From positions 3,392,001 through 3,456,000 of the forward strand of contig CBDCJO010000002.1 of assembly GCA_965217865.1 (NCBI GenBank): a stretch of DNA of 64,000 nt, given 5' to 3'. The stretch's first letter is position 1; each line of letters starts with the position of its first letter. The notes beneath the pieces were generated by a model, which was not told the DNA's origin, did no database searches, and saw only the letters and a list, made by a program, of their open reading frames with translations. Source of the stretch: Candidatus Latescibacterota bacterium. Its GTDB lineage: Bacteria > Latescibacterota > UBA2968 > SICM01. The translations under genes and the position numbers were made by a program. Below are positions 1-9,645 of this stretch, one piece after another.

Positions 1-875
1 TGGGAAAGGACCCGGATGTTAGACCTGGCCGATGCGGTCCGGACCATGGTCTGGAGGTCTTTCGGAAGGCCGTCGAACGCGGTTTTATTCACGATCAGTT
101 CGACGACGGTCCCCGGTTCGTGCCAGCCCGGGTAATAATAGTACTCGGCGGCTTTGTAAAATCCCATCAACTGGTCGTGGTAGGGGCCGATCCATTCGGT
201 AGCATCGATCACGCCTCGCTCTAGGTTGGTGAAGATTTCTCCTCCGGCCGACAGGACGGCCGAACCACCGGCCTTCGCAATGACCTTCCCCCCCAGCCCC
301 GGAATGCGCATCTTCAGGCCCTTGAGATCCTGTAAGGAATTGATCTCCCGGTTGAACCATCCCCCCATCTGAAATCCCGTATTCCCCGCGGGCATGGGGG
401 TCAGGTTAAACGGGGCATATAAGTTCTCCCACTGCTCCAATCCGCCCCCGCTGTAAATCCAGGCGTGCATCTGTTGGGCGTTCATGCCGAACGGAACGGC
501 CGAAAAAAACTGTGAGGCCGGCGCCTTTCCTGCCCAGTAGTAGGAAGCTCCGTGGCACATTTCAGCCACGCCCTGGCTCACCGCCTCGAATCCCTCGAGG
601 GGCGGGATTAATTCCCCGCCTCCATAAACGCGGATCTTCAGCCGCCCCTCTGACATCTCTTCGATCCACTCTGCCATCGTGTCGGCACTCTCTCCGAGGA
701 TGGGGAAGTGAGGCGGCCACGTGGTCACCATTTTCCATTCATACCGCTTTCCGGACCGGACGGCAGGGGCCTTCTCCTGTCGGGGAGATCCGCAGCCTGC
801 CGCAAGAGCGGCCCCACTCGTGAGCGCAGCCGTGGTTGCCTTCTTTAAAAATTTACGCCGCTTGATCGTGTCCAT
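1..875 (-). CDS. dctP: TRAP transporter substrate-binding protein (DctP/TakP-like), runs off the window edge
   Basis: Hand translation from ATG at 875 gives MDTIKRRKFLKKATTAALTSGAALAAGCG...YEWKMVTTWPPHFPILGESADTMAEWIE: twin-Arg signal, lipobox-like AAGC and the W-K-M-x-T-x-W start typical of TakP-type proteins. Absent from the ORF track, consistent with no stop before the edge. Confidence 0.85.
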   Translation of the reverse strand, partial: MDTIKRRKFLKKATTAALTSGAALAAGCGSPRQEKAPAVRSGKRYEWKMVTTWPPHFPILGESADTMAEWIEEMSEGRLKIRVYGGGELIPPLEGFEAVSQGVAEMCHGASYYWAGKAPASQFFSAVPFGMNAQQMHAWIYSGGGLEQWENLYAPFNLTPMPAGNTGFQMGGWFNREINSLQDLKGLKMRIPGLGGKVIAKAGGSAVLSAGGEIFTNLERGVIDATEWIGPYHDQLMGFYKAAEYYYYPGWHEPGTVVELIVNKTAFDGLPKDLQTMVRTASARSNIRVLS

Positions 876-901
876 CTGGATCCTCCATCGGAAAGGCCGT
901 C

Positions 902-1020
902 GATCGTGGATCGTGAATCGAGACTCGGAAAAACCCGTATCCTATCGATTAAATCCTTGACTGGTCCTTAAATTATTCGCATCGCTTAACGAATCACGAA
1001 TCACGAATCACGAATCACGA
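902..1020. repeat. ~120 bp dispersed element, copy 1 (inverted heptamer arms, 4x CGAATCA)
   Basis: tcgtggatcgtgaatcg...GACTCGGAAAAACCCG.ATCCTATCGAT.AAATCC.TGAC...AAATTATTCGCATCG...(CGAATCA)4; core aligns by eye with 6811-6900. Confidence 0.9.
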
Positions 1021-1163
1021 GGGAAAAGTATGGGCGATAAGATATGTTTGCAAGGGGTTTATTCGGAATTGGAGGTTTCACTTGACAGCAACCCGGATGT
1101 CGGGCATTTTGGCCGTGAAGGCTCAGGATTCAATGACGGGAACTCTGACAAGAAAGGAATTCG

Positions 1164-3935
1164 ATGGGCGATCAGGATAAAAGGCTTTTCCTGCTTGACG
1201 GAATGGCCCTGGTCTACCGGGCACATTTCGCGATGAGCCGCACTCCCATTACCTCATCCTCGGGAATGAACACATCCGCCACCCTCGTTTTTACGAACAC
1301 GTTGCTGGATATCCTGAATAAGCAGGATCCCACGCACATCGGGGTGGTGTTCGACACGCCTGAACCGACCCATAGAGACAAGCTGTATCCGGAATACAAG
1401 GCCCAGCGGGAGGCCATGCCGGAGGACCTGAGCCGGTCCATGCCCTATATTTTCCGTATTTGCGGGGCCTTCAATCTCCCTACTATTCGCGTCCCGGGTT
1501 GGGAGGCGGACGATGTAATCGGGACCCTTGCCGAACGGTCCGAGCCCGAGGGGTTCACCACCTACATGGTGACTCCGGACAAGGACTTCGGGCAGCTTGT
1601 TTCAGACCGGACTCTGATATGCAAGCCGGCCCGAGCCGGAGGGGGAATGGAGGTCCTGGGTGTAAGGGAGGTGCTGGACCGCTGGAAGATCGAGCGGGTG
1701 GAGCAGGTCACGGACATCTTCGGGCTGATGGGTGACAGCAGTGACAACGTTCCCGGGGTGCCTGGCATCGGGGAGAAGACAGCACAAAAACTGATCGGAC
1801 AGTTCGGGAGCCTGGAAAATCTATTGGATCACGTGAGTGAGTTGAAGGGCAAGCAACGGGAGAACCTCGAGACTTACCGGGATCAGGCCCTTCTTTCCAA
1901 AGAGCTGGTCACGATCGATCGCAATGTCCCCCTGGAAATAAGGTTATCGGGTCTTCAGCGGAGGGAATGGGACTCTGAGCGCCTGATGGAAATCTTCAAT
2001 GAATTGGAGTTCGACGTCCTGGGAAAACGGCTTTTTGGGGATGCGTTCCAGGCCGATCCCAAAGGCCCCCCCACGGAACCCGGCGAGGCCGCTGGTGGTA
2101 CAGTGCCTTCCCGGGAGGTGAAGACCATCCAGGAGGTGGCGCATTCATATTGTTTGGTCGATACCCCTGATGAGAGAAGGGGATTGATTCAAAAGTTATC
2201 CCTGCAGCCGCTTTTCAGTTTCGACACGGAGACCACCGGACTGGATTCCAAGACTTGTGGTTTGATCGGTATGGCCTTTTCTTTCGAAGCCCACAGCGGA
2301 ACCTATGTTCCCCTCCCGGAGGATCGGGATGAGGTCGTGTCGATCCTCGAGGAGTTCCGGCCGGTCTTGGAAAATCCTGCGATCGAAAAGGTCGGGCACA
2401 ACCTCAAATTCGACCTGAGCGTGTTCTCCTGGCACGGAATCCTGGTGAGGGGCCGTCTGTTCGATACGATGCTGGCCGCACATTTGGCTGCCCCGGACCT
2501 CCGGCGCACCCTGGACTACCTTGCCGAGGCTCTGCTTAGCTACCGGCCCATATCCATTTCGGATCTGATCGGGGAGAAGGGCGAGGATCAGTTGAGTCTG
2601 CGGGAGCTGCCGATTGAAAAGGTCGTGGACTACGCGGCTGAGGATGCGGACATTACCTTTCAATTGTCCGGGAAATTGAGGCCGATGCTTTCGGAAAAAA
2701 ACCAGGAACGCGTGTTCAATGAGGTGGAATGTCCTCTGATTCCGGTCCTCGTGAACATGGAATTCGAAGGCATCAGGATGGACGTGGAGGTCCTGCGAAA
2801 CCTGTCCGATGAACTGCGGGCCGAGATCGACCAGACGGCCGAGCGCATCTTCGAGCTTGCGGGGGAGCGGTTCAACCTTAACTCGTCGCAGCAGCTGGGG
2901 ATTATCTTTTTTGATAAACTCAAGCTGGACCCGGCAGCCCGGCGCACCCAGAAGACAAAGCAGTACCAGACGAACGAACTGGCCCTCACCCGCCTGGCTC
3001 AAAATCACGAGATCGTCCAGAAGGTCCTGTATTACCGGTTGTGCACGAAACTCAAGTCGACTTACCTGGATATGTTGCCCGGCACGATCTTCCCGAAGAC
3101 GGGCCGGGTGCACACCCATTACGAGCAGGCCGTGACGGCTACCGGACGGATGCAATCCCACGGACCGAACCTCCAGACCATCCCCGTCCGGAGCGAGCAG
3201 GGTAGGGAGATCCGGAAGGCCTTCGTTCCTCGCAACGATGCCTTCACGCTGCTTTCGGCAGACTACTCCCAGATCGAATTACGGATCGCGGCGGAGCTGA
3301 GCGGGGATGAGGGTATGCTGGAGACCTTCCGGAGCGGGGGCGACATTCACACCGCGACGGCGATGAAGATTTACGGACTGAATGAAGAGGATGTGACGGC
3401 GGATATGCGGAGGAAGTCGAAGATGGTGAACTTTGGGATTATCTACGGTATTTCAGCCTTCGGCCTGTCCGAACGGCTGGACATTCCCCGGCCTCAGGCG
3501 GCTGAGCTCATCGAACAATATTTTACGCAGTATCCGGGCGCCCGAAAGTACATGGACGAGACCATCGCCTTCGCCCGGGAAAACGGGTTTGTCGAGACGA
3601 TCACGGGCAGGCGCCGCTATCTTCGGGACATCGACAGCCGCAACGCGGCGACCCGCAAAGCGGCCGAACGCAACGCCATCAACTCCCCGATCCAGGGATC
3701 CGCGGCCGATATGATAAAGATCGCCATGGTCACGATTCACCGGGAATTGAACGAGAGGAAATTCAAGACGAAGATGCTTCTTCAGGTGCACGACGAGCTG
3801 GTCTTCGATCTGCACAAGGATGAGATCGATGCGATACCGCCGATCGTGGAAAAGGCCATGAAACACGCCATCCCGATGAAGGTCCCGATCGTGGTCGAGA
3901 TGGGCTTTGGAGACAATTGGTTGGGTGCCCACTGA
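1164..3935 (+). CDS. polA: DNA polymerase I
   Basis: 5'-3' exonuclease (LLDGMALVYRAHF, EADDVIGTL), 3'-5' exonuclease (FDTETTGL), polymerase motifs ADYSQIELR, K...NFGIIYG, LQVHDEL. Confidence 0.99.
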   Translation: MGDQDKRLFLLDGMALVYRAHFAMSRTPITSSSGMNTSATLVFTNTLLDILNKQDPTHIGVVFDTPEPTHRDKLYPEYKAQREAMPEDLSRSMPYIFRICGAFNLPTIRVPGWEADDVIGTLAERSEPEGFTTYMVTPDKDFGQLVSDRTLICKPARAGGGMEVLGVREVLDRWKIERVEQVTDIFGLMGDSSDNVPGVPGIGEKTAQKLIGQFGSLENLLDHVSELKGKQRENLETYRDQALLSKELVTIDRNVPLEIRLSGLQRREWDSERLMEIFNELEFDVLGKRLFGDAFQADPKGPPTEPGEAAGGTVPSREVKTIQEVAHSYCLVDTPDERRGLIQKLSLQPLFSFDTETTGLDSKTCGLIGMAFSFEAHSGTYVPLPEDRDEVVSILEEFRPVLENPAIEKVGHNLKFDLSVFSWHGILVRGRLFDTMLAAHLAAPDLRRTLDYLAEALLSYRPISISDLIGEKGEDQLSLRELPIEKVVDYAAEDADITFQLSGKLRPMLSEKNQERVFNEVECPLIPVLVNMEFEGIRMDVEVLRNLSDELRAEIDQTAERIFELAGERFNLNSSQQLGIIFFDKLKLDPAARRTQKTKQYQTNELALTRLAQNHEIVQKVLYYRLCTKLKSTYLDMLPGTIFPKTGRVHTHYEQAVTATGRMQSHGPNLQTIPVRSEQGREIRKAFVPRNDAFTLLSADYSQIELRIAAELSGDEGMLETFRSGGDIHTATAMKIYGLNEEDVTADMRRKSKMVNFGIIYGISAFGLSERLDIPRPQAAELIEQYFTQYPGARKYMDETIAFARENGFVETITGRRRYLRDIDSRNAATRKAAERNAINSPIQGSAADMIKIAMVTIHRELNERKFKTKMLLQVHDELVFDLHKDEIDAIPPIVEKAMKHAIPMKVPIVVEMGFGDNWLGAH

Positions 3936-4773
3936 TCAGGACCAGACGAAGATATCATCGCTTTCTGGGGAATATCCGATGAATACGGCGAGGACGATCC
4001 GATTGAACGGGCCCGGGACGGCCGGCACCTCGTGAATCATTCGACTGTTGAAGAAGGTGAGGTCTCCGGGCTGAAGCCCGATCCTGTAATTTTCGATCCG
4101 GTTCTCAGCCGTGTAAGCGTGGAACGCCCGGGCTTCCAGGTGGGGTTGGACCTCGGGGGTCCAGAGGCATCGGTGGATGAGGGCCTGTGGGCTTCCGTCC
4201 TCAGCCAGAGCGTTTTGAAAGCAGAGGATCCCGGCAAACTGGTGCTCGAACCGGGCAACCGCATAGTTGAAGAGCCCTTCCCGCAGGGTGACGTGATTGA
4301 TGTGCGGTCGGTATGCGTGTCCTTCATAGTGGATGCGAAAGATGGCGGGTCCATAAAGGCGTCCGTCGGGCTCGCGGGCAACTTTGACCTCCTTGCTGCC
4401 GGCCAGGCTTGAGAGGGACTGATACAAAGTCCGGACGGGGTCGTCAAACCCGTCGAACAGGTCGTTGAAGAGTGCGTGTGTTCTCCGTAGCGTGCTGCAA
4501 AAACTCCTCTTTATCCCCGCTTCGTTCCCCGAGACTGGTTCCAATATCTATCCGGGTACGGGAGTCCCCCCCGGTCGAAGCCCCCGGAACCCGCATCAGA
4601 CCCCGCTCGATAAACCTTCGGATCAATCCCTTGCAGTGTTCCGGGTTGTAAGCCCGGCGCAGGATAATGGCAGGTATCCGACCTTCGGAGAGCGCCAGGA
4701 GCGGATCGCTGTCCCGAGAAAGGACCGTCTCCAGATCCGGATCGAGCGGTACCCATTCAGGGGAAGAGGGCAT
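3936..4773 (-). pseudogene. 2OG-Fe(II) oxygenase-like protein split by one frameshift (~4482)
   Basis: ORF 4444..4872 (MPSSPEW...EEFLQHATE) joins ORF 3936..4544 (THALFNDLF...PHINH...GDLTFFNSRMIHEV) if one base is removed; the HxN...H pattern fits a double-stranded beta-helix oxygenase. Confidence 0.65.
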
Positions 4774-4786
4774 AAAGTCTCCTTTT

Positions 4787-5593
4787 TTAACCGGTGATCT
4801 TCGAGTCCAGGGACGACGCCCAGGAGAACCCACTCCGGGGGAAATCGGGAGGAAACCCCTGATAGGGGACAAGCTCTACAAATCCCGTGTAGTCCACTGC
4901 CTTGAGCGTTCTGAAGACACTATCCCAATCCACGATATCACCCGGTTCCCCCGGCACACACTGCTGCGAGTAGGGGTAGTAGCGGAACATGCCCTTGATC
5001 CTGACGTGGCGCAGATGATCTTTGAAATCGACAATCGCACGGCAGGGATCGTCCATCAGGATCGCCAGATTGGCGCAATCTAGGTTGACCTGGAGTCTCT
5101 CCGAGTCCAGATGGTGTCTGAGGAGAGCGAATCCGTTGGCCGTGTCTATCAGATGGTTTTCGTGGTTGTGCATGAGAAGGTCGATGCCGACCTCTTCGGC
5201 GTGGCGGCAGAGGGGCTTGAGGACTTGAATCATGAGCCGCCAACCCTCTCTTTCACCGTCTGAGAACGTACAGGGGAGGAACTTGACGCCCGATGCGCCC
5301 AGATCGGCGGCCAGATCCAGAATTTGGCGATAGAACCGCTCGGTTTCCCCGCTCTGGACGCCGTCGACGAATCCGCCGACACGCCACGGGTTCAAGATGC
5401 TGAAGGCGATGTTTCGCTCCCTGGCAAGATTCTTGTAGAAGGCCTTCCGACTGTCGGTAAGGTCGTCGGGATCCAGATGACAGTCGGGTCCGGTGATCGG
5501 ACCGCAGGCCGCGTAGCCGATGTCGGCCAGCTCGTTGATGGCTTCTTCGAAGGAAACCCACTCGAGCCCGCAGGTGTGAAAGCTGAGTTTCAT
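4787..5593 (-). CDS. Sugar phosphate isomerase/epimerase (xylose isomerase-like TIM barrel)
   Basis: HNHENH, VNLDCAN, HVRIKG, PGEPGDIVDW, YTGFVELV pattern of the AP_endonuc_2 family. Confidence 0.8.
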   Translation of the reverse strand: MKLSFHTCGLEWVSFEEAINELADIGYAACGPITGPDCHLDPDDLTDSRKAFYKNLARERNIAFSILNPWRVGGFVDGVQSGETERFYRQILDLAADLGASGVKFLPCTFSDGEREGWRLMIQVLKPLCRHAEEVGIDLLMHNHENHLIDTANGFALLRHHLDSERLQVNLDCANLAILMDDPCRAIVDFKDHLRHVRIKGMFRYYPYSQQCVPGEPGDIVDWDSVFRTLKAVDYTGFVELVPYQGFPPDFPRSGFSWASSLDSKITG

Positions 5594-5656
5594 GGCGGAA
5601 GCCTCTTTCCGGAAAGGCGAAATGGGAATCGGGTTAAAATCGGGAACGCGCCGGGG

Positions 5657-6787
5657 TCAGCTATGGTCCAGGGCCTCGCGGAGGGATTCAAGAAGCCGTT
5701 CGATGTCCTCGTGGGTGTTGTAGCCGTGGATGGCGATACGCAGACGGCCCGCGTGGCTCATGATATGTATGTTCTTTTCGTGAAGGACCCGGTGGATCCG
5801 CTCCGCATCGGGATGGCGAAAGGCGAGGATTCCAGCGATTGCTTCGGGTTCGTCCGGCGTCAGGATTTCGACCGGGAGTTTTTTCAGACCTTCCAGGCAA
5901 GCCTGGACCAGGGTACTTGCATAGGCATCGATAGCGGATACGCCGACGGAATGGATGTAATCCAGCGCCCCGTTGATCGCATAGACGGCCGCGTAGTTGG
6001 GCATGCCGACCGTAAAGCTCGGGGCCCCGGGTTGGCTTTCGGCTTGATCGAACCGCCCCTCCCGGAACGGATCCTTCAGGTTGAACCAGCCCCCGGCCGG
6101 GACTGTCCACTGGGTTTTTCGTGCATCGGGGACGCCGACCAGTCCTCCGCCGTGGGTGGCGAGTATCCATTTGTGGGTGGAACTGATGATCAGGTCCACG
6201 TCGGACAGATCGAGAGGGATCCGACCCAGTGCCTGGGTGACGTCTACCGCGACCAGGGAGGGGGAGCGGTGTCTCACTGCTTTGAGGGTTTCGGGCAGGG
6301 GAATCTTGAATCCGTTGAAAAAACTCACCAGAGAAACTGTCAGAAACCGCGTCTTAGCGCCCAGCAAGGGGATTAAGTCTTCGACGCGAAGGGCGCCCTC
6401 ACGAGAACGCCATACCTTTACTTCGGCCGGGCAGGTCGATTGAAGCCAGGGGGTGGCCCCGGCCGGAAAATCCAGGTCGTTGATGATCACCTCGTCGCCG
6501 CTTTTGAGCTGAAGGGCCATGGCCGCGAGGTTGTAGGCCTCGGACGAACAGGAGCAGATCCCGATCTCTCCGGGTGTCAAGCCGAATGCGCGCGCAATCC
6601 GTTCTCTGGCGGAATTCCACTGGTCCTCGTGAAGTTTTCGGCCGTCCATCCCCAACAATTTGTCTTGCGCGTACTGAGAAAGGGTATCGATCACCGCACG
6701 TGGAGGGATACCCTCTGCTGCGGTGTTCAGGTAGGTCCGGTCGTTGAGGGAGGGAAAGTCCGCCTCCCGAGAAGCCTGTGTTAGCAT
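5657..6787 (-). CDS. Class V PLP-dependent aminotransferase (cysteine desulfurase-like)
   Basis: YLNTAAEG, VDVTQALG, SSTHKWIL (PLP lysine), LRIAIHGYNT. Confidence 0.9.
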   Translation of the reverse strand: MLTQASREADFPSLNDRTYLNTAAEGIPPRAVIDTLSQYAQDKLLGMDGRKLHEDQWNSARERIARAFGLTPGEIGICSCSSEAYNLAAMALQLKSGDEVIINDLDFPAGATPWLQSTCPAEVKVWRSREGALRVEDLIPLLGAKTRFLTVSLVSFFNGFKIPLPETLKAVRHRSPSLVAVDVTQALGRIPLDLSDVDLIISSTHKWILATHGGGLVGVPDARKTQWTVPAGGWFNLKDPFREGRFDQAESQPGAPSFTVGMPNYAAVYAINGALDYIHSVGVSAIDAYASTLVQACLEGLKKLPVEILTPDEPEAIAGILAFRHPDAERIHRVLHEKNIHIMSHAGRLRIAIHGYNTHEDIERLLESLREALDHS

Positions 6788-6810
6788 TTCGATTCCTGGA
6801 AAAGCCGGGG

Positions 6811-7057
6811 TCCGTGGATAGTGACTCGTGACTCGGAAAAACCCGAATCCTATCGATAAAATCCATGACCGTTCACCAAATTATTCGCATCGATTCTTAA
6901 CGAATCACGAATCACGAATCACGAATCACGAATCACGAATCACGAATCACGAATCACGAATCACGAATCACGAATCACGAATCACGAATCACGAATCACG
7001 AATCACGAATCACGAATCACGAATCACGAATCACGAATCACGAATCACGAATCACGA
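6811..7057. repeat. Dispersed element, copy 2, with a perfect 22x CGAATCA tandem array (6901-7054)
   Basis: Counted 22 exact heptamers; left arm tccgtggatagtgactcgtgactcg is the degenerate inverse; core homologous to 902-990. Confidence 0.97.
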
Positions 7058-8502
7058 GCCTGCCATATCGATAAGACGCCGACGTACATAAATCCGAACC
7101 CGAACATCAGCAGGAAGGGTATTGGAAAGTAGATCCCCTCCCATACGCAATACCCGATAAGGGCTGAGAAATAGAGGCAGAGCCCAATCTCGAAAAGGGG
7201 CATCCAGGTCAAACCGATCCCGTAGCCCTTTCCCCGCCAGGTATCCCCCAGTTTCTCAATATGATATTTCGGGGTCCGCTGGAATCCGGTGTTTCGTCCC
7301 AGCAGGGCTTCGACAACCCCTTTCGCGTTGTTCAGCGAGATCCCCATGCCGATGGCCATAAGGGGTGGCAGATATTTTATTCGTGACCGCCAATCGGGGT
7401 TGATCTCCCGCTGGGAACAGATATAGAAGGAAGAAACCGCGAATGTGGCCATTGAGAAGAGGGGGATATCGACCAAAAACACCTTATACCATCCCATGTA
7501 CGACCGGGCGAGGATGGCCGGGCAGATCAGCACAGCAATCGCGGCCATAAAAAGGTAGGAGAGGTTGCCCGTGAGGTGAAAAAATGACTCGACCTTTACC
7601 CGGCGGGGAAGCTCGCTTTTCAGGATCCTCGGGAGGAGCTTTTTCGCGGTTTGAATCGATCCCTTGGCCCAGCGGTGTTGCTGGGTCTTCCAGGCGTTGA
7701 CTTCAACCGGAATTTCAGCCGGTGCGACCACGTCGGACAGGTAGATGAACCGCCACCCGGTTAACTGTGCCCGGTAACTGAGGTCCAGATCTTCGGTCAA
7801 CGTGTCGTGCTGCCACCCCCCGGCGTCCTCGATACAGCGCTTTCGCCAGATCCCTGCCGTACCGTTGAAATTAAAGAAGAGGTCCGATCGGCTTCGAGCC
7901 CCGTGCTCCACGACAAAGTGGCCGTCCAGAAAGATGGACTGGATTTTTGTTAAAAGGGAGTAATCCCAGTTGAGGTGCCCCCACCTGGTCTGGACCATCC
8001 CGACTTTGGAATCCGCAAAATGGGGGATCACCCTCCTCAGCATATCGGGGGAAGGGACGAAATCCGCGTCGAACACGGCAAGGAATTCGCCTCTGCTTTT
8101 CTTCATCCCGTGGGATAGCGCCCCGGCCTTAAATCCCTTTCGGGAGCCCCGCCTGATATGGACCACTGAGTAACCTTGACGGTTGAGGTCTTCAACACAG
8201 GCTCGTGCGGTTTCGGAGGTATCGTCTGTGGAGTCGTCCAGGACCTGGATCTCAAACCGGTCTTTGGGGTAATCCATCCGTGCGACGGAACGGATGAGGC
8301 GCTCCACGACATATCGTTCGTTGTAGATCGGGAGTTGAACCGTGACGATCGGCCAGGGGTCGGGAGGCGAGCGGGGTTTTGGTTTTCGGTGGCGCCCCTG
8401 ATAATAGAGTTTGACGATGTAATAGCGGTGAAAACCGTAGAGGATCAGGATGCCGAGCGCGATGCAATAAGGGATCAAAAGGATGGAATTCCACCAGGCC
8501 AT
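7045..8502 (-). CDS. Processive GT2 glycosyltransferase (cellulose synthase/CslA-like)
   Basis: QLPIYNE, LDDSTD, GFKAGAL, FDADF, TEDLDL, QQHRW (D,D,D,QxxRW) and C-terminal TM helices. Confidence 0.93.
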   Translation of the reverse strand: MAWWNSILLIPYCIALGILILYGFHRYYIVKLYYQGRHRKPKPRSPPDPWPIVTVQLPIYNERYVVERLIRSVARMDYPKDRFEIQVLDDSTDDTSETARACVEDLNRQGYSVVHIRRGSRKGFKAGALSHGMKKSRGEFLAVFDADFVPSPDMLRRVIPHFADSKVGMVQTRWGHLNWDYSLLTKIQSIFLDGHFVVEHGARSRSDLFFNFNGTAGIWRKRCIEDAGGWQHDTLTEDLDLSYRAQLTGWRFIYLSDVVAPAEIPVEVNAWKTQQHRWAKGSIQTAKKLLPRILKSELPRRVKVESFFHLTGNLSYLFMAAIAVLICPAILARSYMGWYKVFLVDIPLFSMATFAVSSFYICSQREINPDWRSRIKYLPPLMAIGMGISLNNAKGVVEALLGRNTGFQRTPKYHIEKLGDTWRGKGYGIGLTWMPLFEIGLCLYFSALIGYCVWEGIYFPIPFLLMFGFGFMYVGVLSIWQARDS

Positions 8503-8580
8503 GGAGATTCCTAAGGGTTAGAGGGCAAAGATGGTTATCCCTCGATTGATCTCCGGATCCCGGCACTTGAACCGGATCAC

Positions 8581-9383
8581 TCACATTTTGGCAACGTGTG
8601 AAACGACGTTGATCAGTTCGAGTTTCGAAAGTCTGTCAATGCTGAATCCGGGCATAATGACCCCCGCGATCCCTCGGGGGAGAGGCCCCGGACCTTCCGT
8701 GCGATCTGTCGATGTGTATAACCGTTTCGGTATAAACTGGGCGCCGGGCCGTCTGCGTGACAGATGCTGCAGGAGCGTTCGAAAATAACCCTTCCCGTTG
8801 CCGGGTTACCGCTTTTCAAGGTCCGGTCGCTCGGGATGGTCTCCTCCCGGGTTACCTCGACCGGTTTTGAACTCCGTTCAGGAGACATCTCCTTCAGATA
8901 TGCCGTGATGTCCGTCATGATCTTCATATGGTCCCAGCCGGTCATTTTTTCGGTGACCTTCCTTCTCCTCCTGCGGCGCTTCTTTGCGGCTTTTGCCTTG
9001 GCTTTGATTTCAGCCGAATCCGGTTTCACGATCCAGGTGTCTATGCAGACCTTCATTGCGGTTTTAAGGTCCTTGATCATCTCACCTTTATAATTTCACC
9101 AGATTGCGCGGTTCGCACTGTTGTAGAGGGAATGGCCGGGACGGATTCTTTTGTCGAAGGGGTCCTTCTTCTCGTTGAAATCCGCGTGACAGTGGATGCA
9201 GGTCAGTCCCGTGGTCGTCCAGAAAGCCCGCCGGTAGGCTTTGCGCCCCTCCCAAGGATCCCCCTCCGCTTCTTTCGAAGCCGTCATCTTGCGGCTTTTC
9301 TTTTGTCCGTCGGCGGCCACAGCCAAAAGCAGTAGGATCGTGATGGCCAGCGGCCAGTACCTTATTTGATGAATCAGGTTCAT
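8581..9383 (-). pseudogene. Diheme c-type cytochrome (TsdA/SoxA-like layout) with an in-frame TGA and a frameshift
   Basis: Signal peptide, CIHCH, in-frame TGA at 9096-9098 (AIW*NYKGEMIKD), later Cys (KVCIDTW), CSICH. Adding 1 base in a C/G run at ~8662-8680 yields the cytochrome-like ending VIMPGFSIDRLSKLELINVVSHVAKM* (stop 8581-8583). Confidence 0.7.
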
Positions 9384-9645
9384 CGCACCTTTCCCGAATG
9401 AATCTTAAAACATAGCGGGCTTATCCTTGGGACGCAAGCGATTTTGTGTATCGACCCGATATCACAACTCGTGCACCGATTAAAGGTGTATTGTGGATCC
9501 TTCCCGGTATTTCTAAGATTGCATTTTCAGAGCGTTTATATATATATTAGGTCGGAGTTCAGGACGTTTCTCCTTCCTCCAATCGTTCCTCGAGTCTTCC
9601 ACCTCTTCAGACACCCGGACCCATGAACGGTTCCGTTCCTGATTA

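Noticed and set aside
6901-7054. CRISPR array
   Set aside because: 7-bp tandem units with no spacers and no cas genes.
6828-7091. ORF encoding (NHESRIT)n
   Set aside because: It is the stop-free translation of the heptamer array, antisense to flanking genes, with no clear RBS.
9040-9098. Selenocysteine at the in-frame UGA
   Set aside because: Only a weak aaggt/acctt stem follows, the context suits Trp, and the gene has a second lesion.
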